Assembly: GCF_009914755.1 (NCBI RefSeq)
Contig: NC_060925.1
Source of the DNA: the human T2T-CHM13v2.0 reference genome, Homo sapiens
Length of the DNA stretch: 64,000 bases
Direction: 5' to 3' (one strand)
The first letter of the stretch is position 1. Each line of letters starts with the position of its first letter. Positions 62,633 to 64,000 of the stretch are shown in pieces. The translations under genes and the position numbers were made by a program. The notes beneath the pieces were generated by a model that saw nothing but the letters and a program-made list of their open reading frames with translations, did not search any database and was not told the origin of the DNA.

Positions 62633-63020
62633 GTAAACAAGCCGGAGAGAAATTTCATCCTACGAATGCACCAGGACTCATACAAGCAGCCAGAGGAGTG
62701 GTCAGTGGGGTCTCAGTCAGACAAATAATTTGAGCTTTTTCTGGTGCTTTGTGGAAGATGAGCAAATCTACACCGATTCCATTCGTGTCTTAATTGTTCA
62801 CATGTGAAAGACCAGGAAAACTTTATCTGTATAATAGTGTATAATACCTATGCAATGTTTTGCTCATGTGTTGCAAGAGAGTAGAGTTTAGCATAAGCAC
62901 ATTTTGAAGGCTGACCTTTTAAAGAAATATTGTCTTCTATGGAAGTTATGGGAAAAAAATGCATTCCACGAAATAGTTACCTTTACATGCCGTACACATA
63001 CTTTCAAAATGCAGTAATGA

Positions 63021-63322
<302 letters not shown>

Positions 63323-63705
63323 TGCAGTAATGATATATCAGGAATTTACCAAACTAAAAATGAACCATTGTAAACACTTTTTCTCTCTGACATTTCCAGG
63401 GATTTCATTAAAGCCATATTCTCTTTAGCACAAACCTCAGTGCTTCATATATGATATGTTCCTGAATGACAGAGTACTGTTTCTGCTCCCCCCGCAAAAA
63501 AATTGTGTATGCATCTGAAATTTTTAGTTAGTACCTTAAATGTATCTTGCTTCCTGTGATCCAGAACATGCAGAATTCATAAAATCAAATCTTAAGTTTG
63601 CACAACTATCAGTATTTTAGGTAAAAGCAGAAAATGATCTGTTTTTGAGAAAAATGCACTGAGGTGTTCTCATCCGAAAAAAATAATCCAGCTTGATAGT
63701 GATGA

Positions 63706-63927
<222 letters not shown>

Positions 63928-64000
63928 TAAGGGCCTGCTCTAGATGTAGGCTTTTAAGAAGGATAACAACGTTTCAGCAACCACAATTTGAGAGAAGCAA

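Overview
Human genomic DNA. I recognise the gene order as the 1p36 CAMTA1-VAMP3-PER3 locus, from translated exons. Three genes lie head-to-tail on the + strand. The first is the 3' part of CAMTA1 (12 coding exons covering the ankyrin region, IQ motifs and C-terminus, plus a ~3.2 kb 3'UTR ending near 46750). The second is all of VAMP3 (5 exons, ATG split by intron 1). The third is the CpG-island promoter and first four exons of PER3. The rest is intron or intergenic DNA rich in Alu, L1, MIR, L2, MaLR and DNA-transposon fossils, which explain almost all of the supplied ORF track. The most interesting signal is a splicing module at the CAMTA1 C-terminus: a 21-nt microexon with a downstream YCAY cluster, a 31-nt frame-switch exon with QKI/RBFOX motifs, a candidate 24-nt microexon, and a distal (T)GCATG cluster that a putative long-range RNA duplex could bring next to that candidate. 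Other observations: chained PER3 uORFs, perfect D-boxes inside CAMTA1 introns, an in-frame CAMTA1-VAMP3 read-through junction, the inverted Alus around VAMP3 exons 3-4, and several DNA-repair scars. Repeat boundaries and subfamily names were judged by eye and are approximate.
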